Origin: a virus
Taxonomy: Duplodnaviria; Caudoviricetes
DNA length: 64,000 nucleotides
Strand: one strand, 5' to 3'
IMG/VR virus record: IMGVR_UViG_3300037067_006949
Coordinates: 32,001-96,000 of that record
In this document: one piece after another, positions 37,462 through 47,391 of the stretch
Position numbering within the stretch: position 1 is the first letter of the stretch
Layout: each line of letters begins with the position of its first letter
The notes under the pieces: generated by a model
Told to the model about the DNA's origin: nothing
The model's database searches: none
The model's input: only the letters and a program-made list of their open reading frames with translations
Translations under genes and position numbers: made by a program

Positions 37462-38729
37462 TAAAAAATACTTTACCAGATTTAATACCAGGTCGAGATT
37501 ATTTGCCAGCGTCTAAAAAGTTAATTACTAGAGAAGATATGTTGACCGTGATGGATTCCGTTATGGATATGAATTTTACAGAAGGAAGGTACAATTCATA
37601 TTTTCAAGAATTATTGGCGAAAGTTTGCAACAGGAAATATGCGGTTACTTGCAATTCAGGTTCTTCTGCAAACTGGTTAGCAATTACGTCACTAAGAAAA
37701 GTTTATAGTTATATAAAAGACGGAGATGAGATTATAACTGTTGCGTGTGCATTTCCCACAACAGTAAATCCTATTTTGCAGAATAATTTAGTTCCCGTTT
37801 TTGTAGATATGGATTATGAATCCCTTAATATTGACGTTGATTTGATTGAAAGCGCAATAACCAATAAAACAAGGGCAATAATGATTGCGCATACGCTTGG
37901 CAATCCAGTTGATATTCGCGTAATTGAGTCTATTTGCGCGAAATACAATTTACATCTTATATTTGATTGCTGTGATTCCTTGGGTGGATTTTATGATGGT
38001 AAACCCATCGGAAGCTTCGGAGAAATGGCAACATTCAGTTTTTATCCTGCCCACCAAATAACGGCAGGGGAGGCTGGAGCGGTAGTCACAAATGATCCTA
38101 AGCTGAACTTAATGCTCAATAGCCTAAAGTCATGGGGAAAAAATTGCTTTTGCCAAACCGGAGAAGATAATGCATGTGGTCATAGATTTGATAAACAATA
38201 TGGCGATCTTCCATTAGGATACGATCACAAATATGTTTATTCAGAAATTGGCATGAACCTAAAGATAACCGACATGCAAGCTGCTCTTGGATTTAGTCAA
38301 TTAAAAAAACTTGAAGATTTCAAAGTTGCCAGACAAAGTAATTATAATGTTCTCGCAGAAAAAATGAAAGAATTAGATTTATTTTTTGTTCAAACTAAAA
38401 CACTTGAGAAGTCAGACCCGTCATGGTTTGGCTATCCTTTGATTTTCAGATCAGACAATAATGCGACAAATAAGTTAATAAATTATCTAGAGAAATATTG
38501 TAGAATCGGTACAAGAAGATTGTTTGCTGGAAATCTATTGAGGCATCCGGCTTATAAAAAACTTCCACAAGACGCTTATCGAGTTGTTGGCGAACTTAAA
38601 AATACAGATAGAATTATGAACAACGTATTTTGGGTCGGAGTTCATCCAAGCTTGAACAAAGACTGTATGGATTATATATTTACCTCTATTTACAATTTCT
38701 ATATCTTAGGATACAATGGGCGAGAATAA
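37458..38729 (+). CDS. rfbH: CDP-4-keto-6-deoxyglucose 3-dehydratase (RfbH/DdhC)
   Basis: NSGSSAN, FPTTVNP, FYPAHQIT (His in place of PLP Lys), Cys cluster CFC...C, YDHKY. Confidence 0.88.
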   Translation: MIKNTLPDLIPGRDYLPASKKLITREDMLTVMDSVMDMNFTEGRYNSYFQELLAKVCNRKYAVTCNSGSSANWLAITSLRKVYSYIKDGDEIITVACAFPTTVNPILQNNLVPVFVDMDYESLNIDVDLIESAITNKTRAIMIAHTLGNPVDIRVIESICAKYNLHLIFDCCDSLGGFYDGKPIGSFGEMATFSFYPAHQITAGEAGAVVTNDPKLNLMLNSLKSWGKNCFCQTGEDNACGHRFDKQYGDLPLGYDHKYVYSEIGMNLKITDMQAALGFSQLKKLEDFKVARQSNYNVLAEKMKELDLFFVQTKTLEKSDPSWFGYPLIFRSDNNATNKLINYLEKYCRIGTRRLFAGNLLRHPAYKKLPQDAYRVVGELKNTDRIMNNVFWVGVHPSLNKDCMDYIFTSIYNFYILGYNGRE

Positions 38730-39414
38730 CGTACTGGTATTGGGCGATGGTCTTTTAGGCTCTGAACTAATCAGACAAACGGGTTGGAATTATTTGAGCA
38801 GAAGAAAGGACGGGATAAATTTTAACAATCTGGAAACATACTTCAAGTTTACGTATGGATATGATACAATTATAAATTGCATAGCCTATACGGAAGTAAA
38901 TTCGAATGAGAAAAAAGAACACATTCTTACCAATTTCAAATCTGTAGTAACCCTAGCGAATTATTGTAATCAAGTAGACAAAAAATTAGTTCATATAAGT
39001 ACAGATTACGTCTATTCAAATTCAAAACCTGATGCGTCTGAAGAAGATATTCCATCAAATTGTACTAACTGGTATACATATAGCAAAATCCTAAGTGATG
39101 GTTATATAGAGGCATTCTCGCAAAAATACCTACTGATCAGAACGTCTTTCAAGCCACGCCCATACCCACATCCAAAAGCAACAATTCAAGTTGGTAACTT
39201 CGGGTATGTGGATGAAATAGCATCTCTTATCATAAAGCTTGTGAGAGGAAACGCCAATGGAGTATTCAATGTAGGTCTTGAAAAATCGACTATGTTTGAC
39301 TTTGCATCCAGAACAAGAGAAGTAACGATGCATGAAAAAAATCCTGTAGAATCTATGCCAGTAGATATTAGCATGAACATTACAAAGATGAAGGAGTTTT
39401 TAGATGAAGATTAG
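38716..39414 (+). CDS. RmlD-like NDP-sugar 4-reductase
   Basis: GDGLLG, INCIAYT, HISTDYVY, YTYSK. Confidence 0.8.
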   Translation: MGENNVLVLGDGLLGSELIRQTGWNYLSRRKDGINFNNLETYFKFTYGYDTIINCIAYTEVNSNEKKEHILTNFKSVVTLANYCNQVDKKLVHISTDYVYSNSKPDASEEDIPSNCTNWYTYSKILSDGYIEAFSQKYLLIRTSFKPRPYPHPKATIQVGNFGYVDEIASLIIKLVRGNANGVFNVGLEKSTMFDFASRTREVTMHEKNPVESMPVDISMNITKMKEFLDED

Positions 39415-40099
39415 TATCGCAATCCCTTGTTATGAAATGCATGGAGTTGGGGCGGAATGTTTGGAATTTTCCTTTTCTAAAATAAAAGATCAGACATTCA
39501 AAGATTATCAGGTTGTGGTATCAGACAGTTCAAATGACGATAAAATACAAATTTTATGTGGAAAATGGAAAGATGAATTTGATTTAAAGTATGTCAAAAG
39601 TACAGAATGTGCCGGAAGCCCCACGTCCAACTTCAACAAGGTCATAAAGAATTGTGATGGAGAATGGATAAAGCTATTATGTCTTGATGACTTTTTTCTT
39701 TATAAAAGTTCATTGCAACGCATTGCAGATGCAATAGACGAAAATTATAGTTGGATTGTAACCGGATATGATCATACTTATGACAGGGTAAACTTTGAAA
39801 GATTTCATTTTCCTCAAATAAATCCTCAGATTTATATCACGAATACGATTGGAAGTCCTAGTTGCGCAGTCATAAAGAACATAGAAGGACTGCCTGAATT
39901 TGATAACAATCTCATCTATGCTTTCGATTGCGAATTCTATTATAATATGATAAAAAAATATGGTAATCCAAAACTTTTATTTGATCCAACCGTAGCAACA
40001 TTACTTAGTAAAGACAGCTTAACTTCAACAGATGCAACACAAGAATTGATAAACAAAGAAAATGAGTATATTCTCAGGAAGCATGGATTTGCCACATGA
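39404..40099 (+). CDS. glycosyltransferase family 2
   Basis: ISIAIPCY, VVVSD, LCLDD. Confidence 0.8.
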   Translation: MKISIAIPCYEMHGVGAECLEFSFSKIKDQTFKDYQVVVSDSSNDDKIQILCGKWKDEFDLKYVKSTECAGSPTSNFNKVIKNCDGEWIKLLCLDDFFLYKSSLQRIADAIDENYSWIVTGYDHTYDRVNFERFHFPQINPQIYITNTIGSPSCAVIKNIEGLPEFDNNLIYAFDCEFYYNMIKKYGNPKLLFDPTVATLLSKDSLTSTDATQELINKENEYILRKHGFAT

Positions 40100-40752
40100 A
40101 AAAACAATTGCCAGACGTTACACTCATTGCCTATACATCAAGTGACTTAGAATCGACCATTTTATCTCTATCTTATTGCGCAAGGGACTTTGATTTTGGG
40201 GCAATAAAAATTATATCCCACGAAGAGCCAGCCCATACATACAAGGGGATCACTTATGAAAAGGGGGATAAAATAAATGGCATAAACGATTTCAACAGAT
40301 ATATGTTTTTAGAACTTGGAAAGCATGTAGAAACTAGTCATTGCTTATACATACAACACCATGCATTTATCATAAACCCCGAATTGTGGAATGACAATTG
40401 GTTGCAATATGATTATATCGGCGCTCCGTGGGAAGTCATTCCGAATATATATATTGCAAACAATGGAGAAACGGTAAGAGTTGGCAATGGTGGATTTTCT
40501 CTTCGTAGCAAAAAATTGTTAGACCTACCAAAGAAAATGGGATGGGATTTACGTCAAGAGCAAGGTTGGTACAATGAAGATGGCAATATATGTTGCTATT
40601 ATAGAAAAGAAATGCTTGAAAATGGAATAAAATACGCACCCATTGAAATAGCATCCGTATTTTCGTTTGAAAATTTTGTTCCAGAAAACATTGGGCTAGA
40701 TTATTTTGGATTTCATAGGAACTTTCCTCCATCACAAAGGGCACATGAATAA
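40096..40752 (+). CDS. DUF5672-like putative glycosyltransferase
   Basis: YDYIGAPW, VGNGGFSLRS, NED, FGFH. Confidence 0.75.
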   Translation: MKKQLPDVTLIAYTSSDLESTILSLSYCARDFDFGAIKIISHEEPAHTYKGITYEKGDKINGINDFNRYMFLELGKHVETSHCLYIQHHAFIINPELWNDNWLQYDYIGAPWEVIPNIYIANNGETVRVGNGGFSLRSKKLLDLPKKMGWDLRQEQGWYNEDGNICCYYRKEMLENGIKYAPIEIASVFSFENFVPENIGLDYFGFHRNFPPSQRAHE

Positions 40753-41548
40753 AACTTTTGGATGGGCGACACCACCCAATGATGTCATGCAACAATATAT
40801 CAACAAATGTAAATTGTTTTGTATTGATGACAACGAATTCAATAAATTTCGCAGAGACAAAGATTATACAAAAATATTAGAGGGAGGAGAATTTGAAACA
40901 GGAAGAATTAGCCTAGAATATATAAAAATAAATCATAGCGACAAACTAAAATTGATCTCAGAAAAATTGATAGAATTTAAAGAAAACGATGTTTACGGCT
41001 CTCCCATTATACATAACTTTGAAATTTTTGGAAATATTTGCCCAAGTACAATAAAATATGTAAACAACGCCTTAGACATTGATGCATTGATAGGCGATAA
41101 TAATGTAAGGAACATATTAGAAGTCGGAGGCGGATATGGTGGTCTATGTAAGGTTTTGAGTTCCCTGATTGACTTTGAGAAATATATTATGATTGACCTT
41201 CCAGACGCAGTAAGTTTATGCAAAAAATATTTAGATCATTTTGATAATATAAAAAATAAAATTGAATATATATCTTGTGACGATCTGGATAAAATAGGTA
41301 ATATTATAGATGTAGACTTATTTATTAGTGACTCATCATTGGCTGAATGCGATATAGAAACACAAAATTTTTACGTTGATAACTTATTAAAGAAATCAAA
41401 ATTAGCCTATTTGGTGTACAATACTATGCATTGCGGATTTACAAACCAATATTGCAATATAATAGATTCAATAAACAAAGATTTTAAAATATCAGAATAT
41501 AGAATCAATGGAAACATAATGCTATCAATGGAAAAAATATATGAATAA
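40745..41548 (+). CDS. putative sugar O-methyltransferase
   Basis: ND.YG.P, ILEVGGGYGGL, IDLP, SLAEC. Confidence 0.7.
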   Translation: MNKTFGWATPPNDVMQQYINKCKLFCIDDNEFNKFRRDKDYTKILEGGEFETGRISLEYIKINHSDKLKLISEKLIEFKENDVYGSPIIHNFEIFGNICPSTIKYVNNALDIDALIGDNNVRNILEVGGGYGGLCKVLSSLIDFEKYIMIDLPDAVSLCKKYLDHFDNIKNKIEYISCDDLDKIGNIIDVDLFISDSSLAECDIETQNFYVDNLLKKSKLAYLVYNTMHCGFTNQYCNIIDSINKDFKISEYRINGNIMLSMEKIYE

Positions 41549-42203
41549 ATTGAAAACGTTTTTTGTGGTATCAGAATATTGGAATAACATATCATGGATA
41601 TATGATTACACAGACAACTATATAATTTATGATAAGAGTAATAGTATACAAAATGACGATAAGGTTATAAAACTTGAAGACGTTGGATACAACATATATG
41701 ATTACTGTCACTTTATCGTAAATAACTATGATAGTCTTCCCGATTTAACGGCTTTTCTTGAGGGCAATCCATTCGATCATTGCAAGAAAGAGGAGTTTGA
41801 TAAACTGATTCGAAGTAATTCTTTCGCCCCAATAGAATATTATGGAAAATATCCTGCCAATGTTTTTGAGCAAAGAGACGAAAACGGCGGATTTATGGAG
41901 ATAAATAATAGTTGGTATATTCAGGCTCACATAAAATCTTTCGGATCAAGAGTAAACAGGTTCTTTTCCGATTACAATGATTTCCTTGATGAAATGTTTG
42001 ATAATCCAGAGCATCCAAGATGGATAAGATTTGCGCCTGGCGGTCAATATGTAGTTCCCAAAAATAACATTCTTTATTATAGCAAAGATTTTTATAGCAA
42101 GATAATGAAGTTCGTTGACTATTGTGATTTGCCATCAGAAGCCCATATAATTGAAAGAGCATTATATTATATATTCACAAACAAATGGAGGGAAAGAAAA
42201 TGA
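41541..42203 (+). CDS. DUF3431-like protein
   Basis: IIYDK, HFIVNNYDSLPD...FLEGNPFDH, FAPGGQYVV, IER. Confidence 0.7.
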   Translation: MNKLKTFFVVSEYWNNISWIYDYTDNYIIYDKSNSIQNDDKVIKLEDVGYNIYDYCHFIVNNYDSLPDLTAFLEGNPFDHCKKEEFDKLIRSNSFAPIEYYGKYPANVFEQRDENGGFMEINNSWYIQAHIKSFGSRVNRFFSDYNDFLDEMFDNPEHPRWIRFAPGGQYVVPKNNILYYSKDFYSKIMKFVDYCDLPSEAHIIERALYYIFTNKWRERK

Positions 42204-43045
42204 TATCTATTGACCTTACGGGCAATATGGGAGATCACTTAATTCGTTATACAATTTGCCGTAGCGTTGCTGAAAAAAATGGTTACAAATTTGGCATAAA
42301 TCCTATCTCCAGCCACGATTATTATGGTGGTAAACCGCAAATGACATTCTTCAAAGGAATTGATTACGGAGAACCAAATAATACTCCATATGGTCAGTTG
42401 CCTCCAGAAACAGATAATGTATGGACAGAAAAAAGAGAACTATATCCAGATCACACTTATCATCCATTTCAACCAGACATATTCGACGTCAGCCCAAATA
42501 CAAAACTAGTAATTTTTTGTGGTCAAGATGCGCATTATCTTGAAAAAGAAAGGGTAAAAAAGTGGCTTGAAGTTAAAGATGATGTAGCTCTTGAGTCGCA
42601 ACAAATACTAAATGACAACAATGTCGAATTAGATGATAATCTGTGCATCATTAGTTGTAGAGGCGGAGAATATAAGGGAATCCCAGGTTTGTTTCTGACA
42701 AAAAATTATTGGGATAATGCCATAAATTTTATGTTGAAAAGAAATCCAAAAATGAAATTTATGGCTCTTACTGAAGACCCCGAATTCTACAAAACATATT
42801 TTGATTTTCCGGTGAATCATTTCAGTACGAGTTGTGACTATTATGCTATTCACAATTGCAAGAACATAATCATAGCGAACAGTGGATTTAACATATTTCC
42901 ATTGTGGACAAGCAACCAGAATCCTTATATAATTGCCCCCAAATATTGGTCAATTCACAATTATGGTAATACATGGGCAAACAGCGACATGGAATCTTGG
43001 GGATTTAACTTTATGGATAGAGAGGGCAATGTAAATGAAGCGTAA
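42200..43045 (+). CDS. GT11-like (alpha-1,2-fucosyltransferase-like) glycosyltransferase
   Basis: GNMGD (G.GN-like), CRGGEY (HxRxGDY-like), IIANSGF, IIAPKYW. Confidence 0.7.
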   Translation: MISIDLTGNMGDHLIRYTICRSVAEKNGYKFGINPISSHDYYGGKPQMTFFKGIDYGEPNNTPYGQLPPETDNVWTEKRELYPDHTYHPFQPDIFDVSPNTKLVIFCGQDAHYLEKERVKKWLEVKDDVALESQQILNDNNVELDDNLCIISCRGGEYKGIPGLFLTKNYWDNAINFMLKRNPKMKFMALTEDPEFYKTYFDFPVNHFSTSCDYYAIHNCKNIIIANSGFNIFPLWTSNQNPYIIAPKYWSIHNYGNTWANSDMESWGFNFMDREGNVNEA

Positions 43046-43916
43046 GATTTATTGTTGTTTCTGCTTCTTCAATGAACTAGAATTATTGAAATTAAAGTTG
43101 GAAGAACTATGGGATACAGTTGATTATTTTGTAATTTCTGAATCAGACGTTACGCATAGTGGAATCTCAAAACCACCACACTTTTTTGAAAACAAAGATA
43201 AGTTTGATAAATTCAAAGATAAAATTATTTATCAAGCAGTCAGAGACACACCAAATGATTTTATCAATCTAAAAACCGATCCTAAAAAAGACGACGCAAC
43301 CAATCTTGTAATACAAAGGGTCATTGATGGAGACTGGTGGGATCACTCAGTTCAAAGTTACGGAAGAGATACCTTCCAAAAGGAAAGCCTGATCAGACCT
43401 CTAATATCATCAAATTGCCAAGACGATGATTTGGTTATATTGGGCGATTTGGACGAGATACCGAAAGCCAGTGTTATCAAACAAATTGCAGAAGATTACG
43501 ACGATGATGAAGTATTTCATCTTCAACATAAGTTTTGCTGGTATTACCTAAACATTGAAAAAACCAATGAAGTGTGGTATGGAAGCATTGTAACATCTTT
43601 CAAGAGGTTCAAAGAGCAAAGCTTTTGCGAAATGCGAACACGCAAGGCTGGAAATTTTGTAGATAACGCTGGTTGGCATTTTACCTATATGAATGGGGCG
43701 GATGCAATAAAAACAAAAATAGAAAGCTTCGGAGAGCAATCTCTAAACCTTCCACAAGTAAAAGATGGAATTACTGAGAACGTCGAAAACTGCCTGATAA
43801 ATGGGCACGACCTATATAATAGACCAGCAAGATTCAAGGTTGTTCCAATTGAATACGATACCATGCCAAAGTATTTGGTCGATCATCAAGACGAATTTAG
43901 ACATATGATTTGGTGA
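43035..43916 (+). CDS. GT17-like glycosyltransferase
   Basis: FFNELELL, VDYFVISES..THSG, GDLDEIP, GWHFTY. Confidence 0.8.
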   Translation: MKRKIYCCFCFFNELELLKLKLEELWDTVDYFVISESDVTHSGISKPPHFFENKDKFDKFKDKIIYQAVRDTPNDFINLKTDPKKDDATNLVIQRVIDGDWWDHSVQSYGRDTFQKESLIRPLISSNCQDDDLVILGDLDEIPKASVIKQIAEDYDDDEVFHLQHKFCWYYLNIEKTNEVWYGSIVTSFKRFKEQSFCEMRTRKAGNFVDNAGWHFTYMNGADAIKTKIESFGEQSLNLPQVKDGITENVENCLINGHDLYNRPARFKVVPIEYDTMPKYLVDHQDEFRHMIW

Positions 43917-43919
43917 GAT

Positions 43920-44564
43920 ATGAAATTAGACAACATTTTTGAGATGAGTTATTGTATAAACCTTGACAAAAGGAAAGATCGTTGGGAAGCATGTGATAAA
44001 GAATTCTATAAGTTGAACTTCTATCCAGAAAGATTCAGCGCAATAGAAAATACCAACCCAGTTCTAGGATGTTATCTGTCTCATTTAGAAATATTAAAAA
44101 GAGCCAGAGACGCAAACAAAAGCGTATTGATATTCGAAGACGACGTTGAGATAATCAATTTTGAAGAAAAGCTAATTGAAAAGGCTCTGGACGAATTATA
44201 TTATATGGATTGGTGGATGCTTTACCTAGGCGCAAATTTGATGCGACCATGTTATGAAGTGACAGATCACTTGGCACAACTTACTCATGCACAAAGCACA
44301 CACGCATATGGAGTTAATAAAAAGTATTTGCCACAAATTATAAATTTCATCGAAAACAACCACACATTCATCGACGTTATTTATGCCGAAGGGATCGTGC
44401 CTCAAACTCCATGTTTCATTACAATTCCTATGATGGCAATACAAAGAACTGATTTCTCAGATATAGAAAATCGAGAAATGAATTATGATCTTCCAATCCA
44501 GAGATACAAACGGCAACTAGTCAGAAAAAAGAAGGAATTTAAATATGATAACAATTCTGTTTAG
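43920..44564 (+). CDS. GT25-like glycosyltransferase
   Basis: INLDKRKDR, GCYLSH, IFEDD. Confidence 0.8.
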   Translation: MKLDNIFEMSYCINLDKRKDRWEACDKEFYKLNFYPERFSAIENTNPVLGCYLSHLEILKRARDANKSVLIFEDDVEIINFEEKLIEKALDELYYMDWWMLYLGANLMRPCYEVTDHLAQLTHAQSTHAYGVNKKYLPQIINFIENNHTFIDVIYAEGIVPQTPCFITIPMMAIQRTDFSDIENREMNYDLPIQRYKRQLVRKKKEFKYDNNSV

Positions 44565-45360
44565 CAAAGATCGCGCTATGCAATGCGATTTGGCTATAAA
44601 CTCATTGAAAGAAAATTGCATTGGAGAACATAAGGTTCACGTCCTCTATGCTTGTTCTAATAAAAGACATGAAGAATCTTATAAAACTTTGATGAACGAG
44701 CATCCGCAAATATTCTTTCATAAAGAAAATAACTTCAAGTTGGATTTGTTAGAATTGGTAAAAGATCAAGATTATGTAATGTTTTTAGTCGATGACAATA
44801 TATTTACCAATAACTTTAATGTATACCACATCTTACGTTTGCTAAACGCTCATCCAGAGTCAATCGGATTCAGCCTAAGACTAGGGGTAAATACCACATA
44901 TTGCTACTCGTTAGATCAGGAACAAGAAATCCCTCCGTGTGTGAAGTTGGCTGACAATATTTTGATGTTCGGATGGGGCGAAGCAAAAGCTGATTTCAAT
45001 TATCCCTTGGAGTTGTCAAGCAGCATCTACAAAGTCAAAAATATATTACCAATATTAAATAATACAGATTATAGTAATCCTAATGGCTTGGAATGGAATA
45101 TGGCGTGTAGTTCTCCAATGTTCAAATCTACTAAACCCATGCTTATGTGCTACGAACAAAGTGTAGCCTTTTGCAACCCAATTAACAAAACACAAAGAGT
45201 CAACAACAATAGAAGCGGAACCAATATTCAATATTCAATAGATTCACTCTTGACAAATTTTGAAAAGCGTGGTAAGATTATATATTCCCCATTCAAAGGT
45301 TTTATTTCTAATGCTTGTCATCAAGAAGTTGATATTATCATAAATTATAAGGAGAGATAA
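44545..45360 (+). CDS. putative GT-A glycosyltransferase
   Basis: FSKDRAMQ, FLVDD, FSLRLG. Confidence 0.6.
   Translation: MITILFSKDRAMQCDLAINSLKENCIGEHKVHVLYACSNKRHEESYKTLMNEHPQIFFHKENNFKLDLLELVKDQDYVMFLVDDNIFTNNFNVYHILRLLNAHPESIGFSLRLGVNTTYCYSLDQEQEIPPCVKLADNILMFGWGEAKADFNYPLELSSSIYKVKNILPILNNTDYSNPNGLEWNMACSSPMFKSTKPMLMCYEQSVAFCNPINKTQRVNNNRSGTNIQYSIDSLLTNFEKRGKIIYSPFKGFISNACHQEVDIIINYKER
45250..45278 (+). promoter_or_regulatory. internal sigma70-type promoter
   Basis: TTGACA-17-TAAGAT with TG upstream. Confidence 0.6.
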
Positions 45361-45704
45361 TGGAAGACGATAATAAAGCTAGTTTTATTGTGGTGGTTCA
45401 AAACGATGAATTGACTATTGATACCGTAATGAAAGATATTCTTGAAGATTTCATGCCTGATGACGAATTGATTGTTGTACTAAATAATAGCACAGATTCA
45501 AGCGAGTCAAAAATTGATAAATATTTGCCAAAACTTCCTAATACTTATACAAAAATTATTCATGCAGATTCAAGAGAAGATAGGGCGTTCGATATTAAAG
45601 AGGCTTTGGATGTTGGCAAAGAAAATTCAAGTAATGATTTGAATTTCATTATTTATGGAACGGAATATAACCCCGTAGAGTGGACAAAGGATGACAATAA
45701 TTGA
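45360..45704 (+). CDS. short GT2-like N-terminal domain protein
   Basis: SFIVVVQN, ELIVVLNNSTD. Confidence 0.55.
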   Translation: MEDDNKASFIVVVQNDELTIDTVMKDILEDFMPDDELIVVLNNSTDSSESKIDKYLPKLPNTYTKIIHADSREDRAFDIKEALDVGKENSSNDLNFIIYGTEYNPVEWTKDDNN

Positions 45705-46467
45705 ACAATTAACGGATAAAGATTTAAAAAGATTTTGGTCTAAAGTTGATAAAAGAGGAGAAAACGATTGTTGGGAATGGAGGGGGTGCAAAACAGCAAA
45801 AGGAGCTGGAATATTTTGTGCATCAATTAATAATATCAATAAAAGCATTACTGCTCATCATGTTTCCTATTATATTGTAAGTGGAATAGATGCATTTGAT
45901 AAGCCAATGGAAAAATATTGCAACACAATAGGATGTTGCAACCCGAATCATTATGGGATAAAAATTAAAAAAACCATAAAAGATTTTAAAATAGATGAAA
46001 AATTTATGCAAAGGTTTTGGAAAAAAGTAAGAGTCGGCAACCACAATGGTTGCTGGGAGTGGATGGCATCAAAGGACTATAAGGGCTACGGACAATTTAG
46101 TGTAAATGGGAAAAGTATTCGATCTCATAGAATTTCATATATGATAAAAAATGGAATTGGTAGCATTCCATCTGGAATGTCTGTTTGTCATAGTTGTGAT
46201 AATAGATTATGTTGTAATCCAAAGCATTTGTTTCTAGGAACATATGAAGATAATAACCATGACAGACATAAAAAGGGAAGAGACGGTTCTGCAAAAGGGG
46301 AAGCTCATGGTGCTGCAAAGTTAAATAATGAAAAAGTTTTGGAAATAAGGTATTTATTACAATTGTCTTCTTTATCAAGAACAGAAATTGCAAAATTATA
46401 TAGTGTAAGTAAATCTACGATAAATAGAATATCAACTGGAGAAGGATGGAAAAATATAACCATATGA
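45691..46467 (+). CDS. HNH endonuclease with duplicated RFW.KV...CWEW module
   Basis: VCHSCDNRLCCNPKHL; C-terminal HTH. Confidence 0.85.
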   Translation: MTIIEQLTDKDLKRFWSKVDKRGENDCWEWRGCKTAKGAGIFCASINNINKSITAHHVSYYIVSGIDAFDKPMEKYCNTIGCCNPNHYGIKIKKTIKDFKIDEKFMQRFWKKVRVGNHNGCWEWMASKDYKGYGQFSVNGKSIRSHRISYMIKNGIGSIPSGMSVCHSCDNRLCCNPKHLFLGTYEDNNHDRHKKGRDGSAKGEAHGAAKLNNEKVLEIRYLLQLSSLSRTEIAKLYSVSKSTINRISTGEGWKNITI

Positions 46468-47300
46468 GTAGAAATAATAATAAAAGATATGCAAAAAATT
46501 CTAATCCTCTTATTTCCGTCCTAATTCCTTGTTACGGAAGAAAAGAATGGATTCCCCTTACAATTGAATCTTTGCTAAACCAGACTTATGCTAATTGGGA
46601 GGGAATATTCGTACAAGACGGAGGCGAAGATATTGATGATGTTCTCGCCAAATATCCAGATAAAAGATTCAAATTGATCAAACACGAAAAAAACAAAGGG
46701 CTTCCGGCGGCAAGAAATACCGCATTAAGAAACTGCAATGGTGAATATATTTCCCTTCTCGATAGTGACGACATTTATATGCCATTAGCATTAGAATTTA
46801 GATTGTCTATGCTAAAAAAATATAATGTTGAATGCGTTTATACCAGAGCGTTACAAAACATATTTGAAACTAAATTTAATGAATCTGGTCAAAAATATTA
46901 TCAACTAGTTCATCAACAATTATACTGGAACCAAGAATTTGATAGAGATAGGTTGTTGGCCGTTAATTTATGCCCTTGCAATTGTACTCTTATCTCTCGC
47001 AAAGCATGGGAAGATTCTGAATATTGGTTCGATGAAGAATTAAAGACGGGAGAAGATTTTGATTTTTGGATAGCAATATCTAGAAAATATGATTTTAAAA
47101 GTTTAAGATTACTAGATTGTGAAGATTCATATCGCACCGAATCTGGTGGTCAAATGACAAGTAATAGAAATTTTTCAGCAGACTTGCCAAGAATTTTTAA
47201 ACGATGGAGGAATACGGCAACTAATTTGCCTCTCGTCATTGAAATGCAAAATAGTATCTTGAAACAGTCGGGAATCAATCCAGAAGATTACGACCTATGA
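46464..47300 (+). CDS. glycosyltransferase family 2
   Basis: ISVLIPCY, NKGLPAARN, LLDSDD, EDFDFW. Confidence 0.88.
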   Translation: MSRNNNKRYAKNSNPLISVLIPCYGRKEWIPLTIESLLNQTYANWEGIFVQDGGEDIDDVLAKYPDKRFKLIKHEKNKGLPAARNTALRNCNGEYISLLDSDDIYMPLALEFRLSMLKKYNVECVYTRALQNIFETKFNESGQKYYQLVHQQLYWNQEFDRDRLLAVNLCPCNCTLISRKAWEDSEYWFDEELKTGEDFDFWIAISRKYDFKSLRLLDCEDSYRTESGGQMTSNRNFSADLPRIFKRWRNTATNLPLVIEMQNSILKQSGINPEDYDL

Positions 47301-47391
47301 CGCCCCTTATATGGTTTTATGGAGGAGTATTGTCTTTAATAATTAGCGCAATCATTGCATCAAAACATCAAAGAAAGTGAGGTAGGATTTA

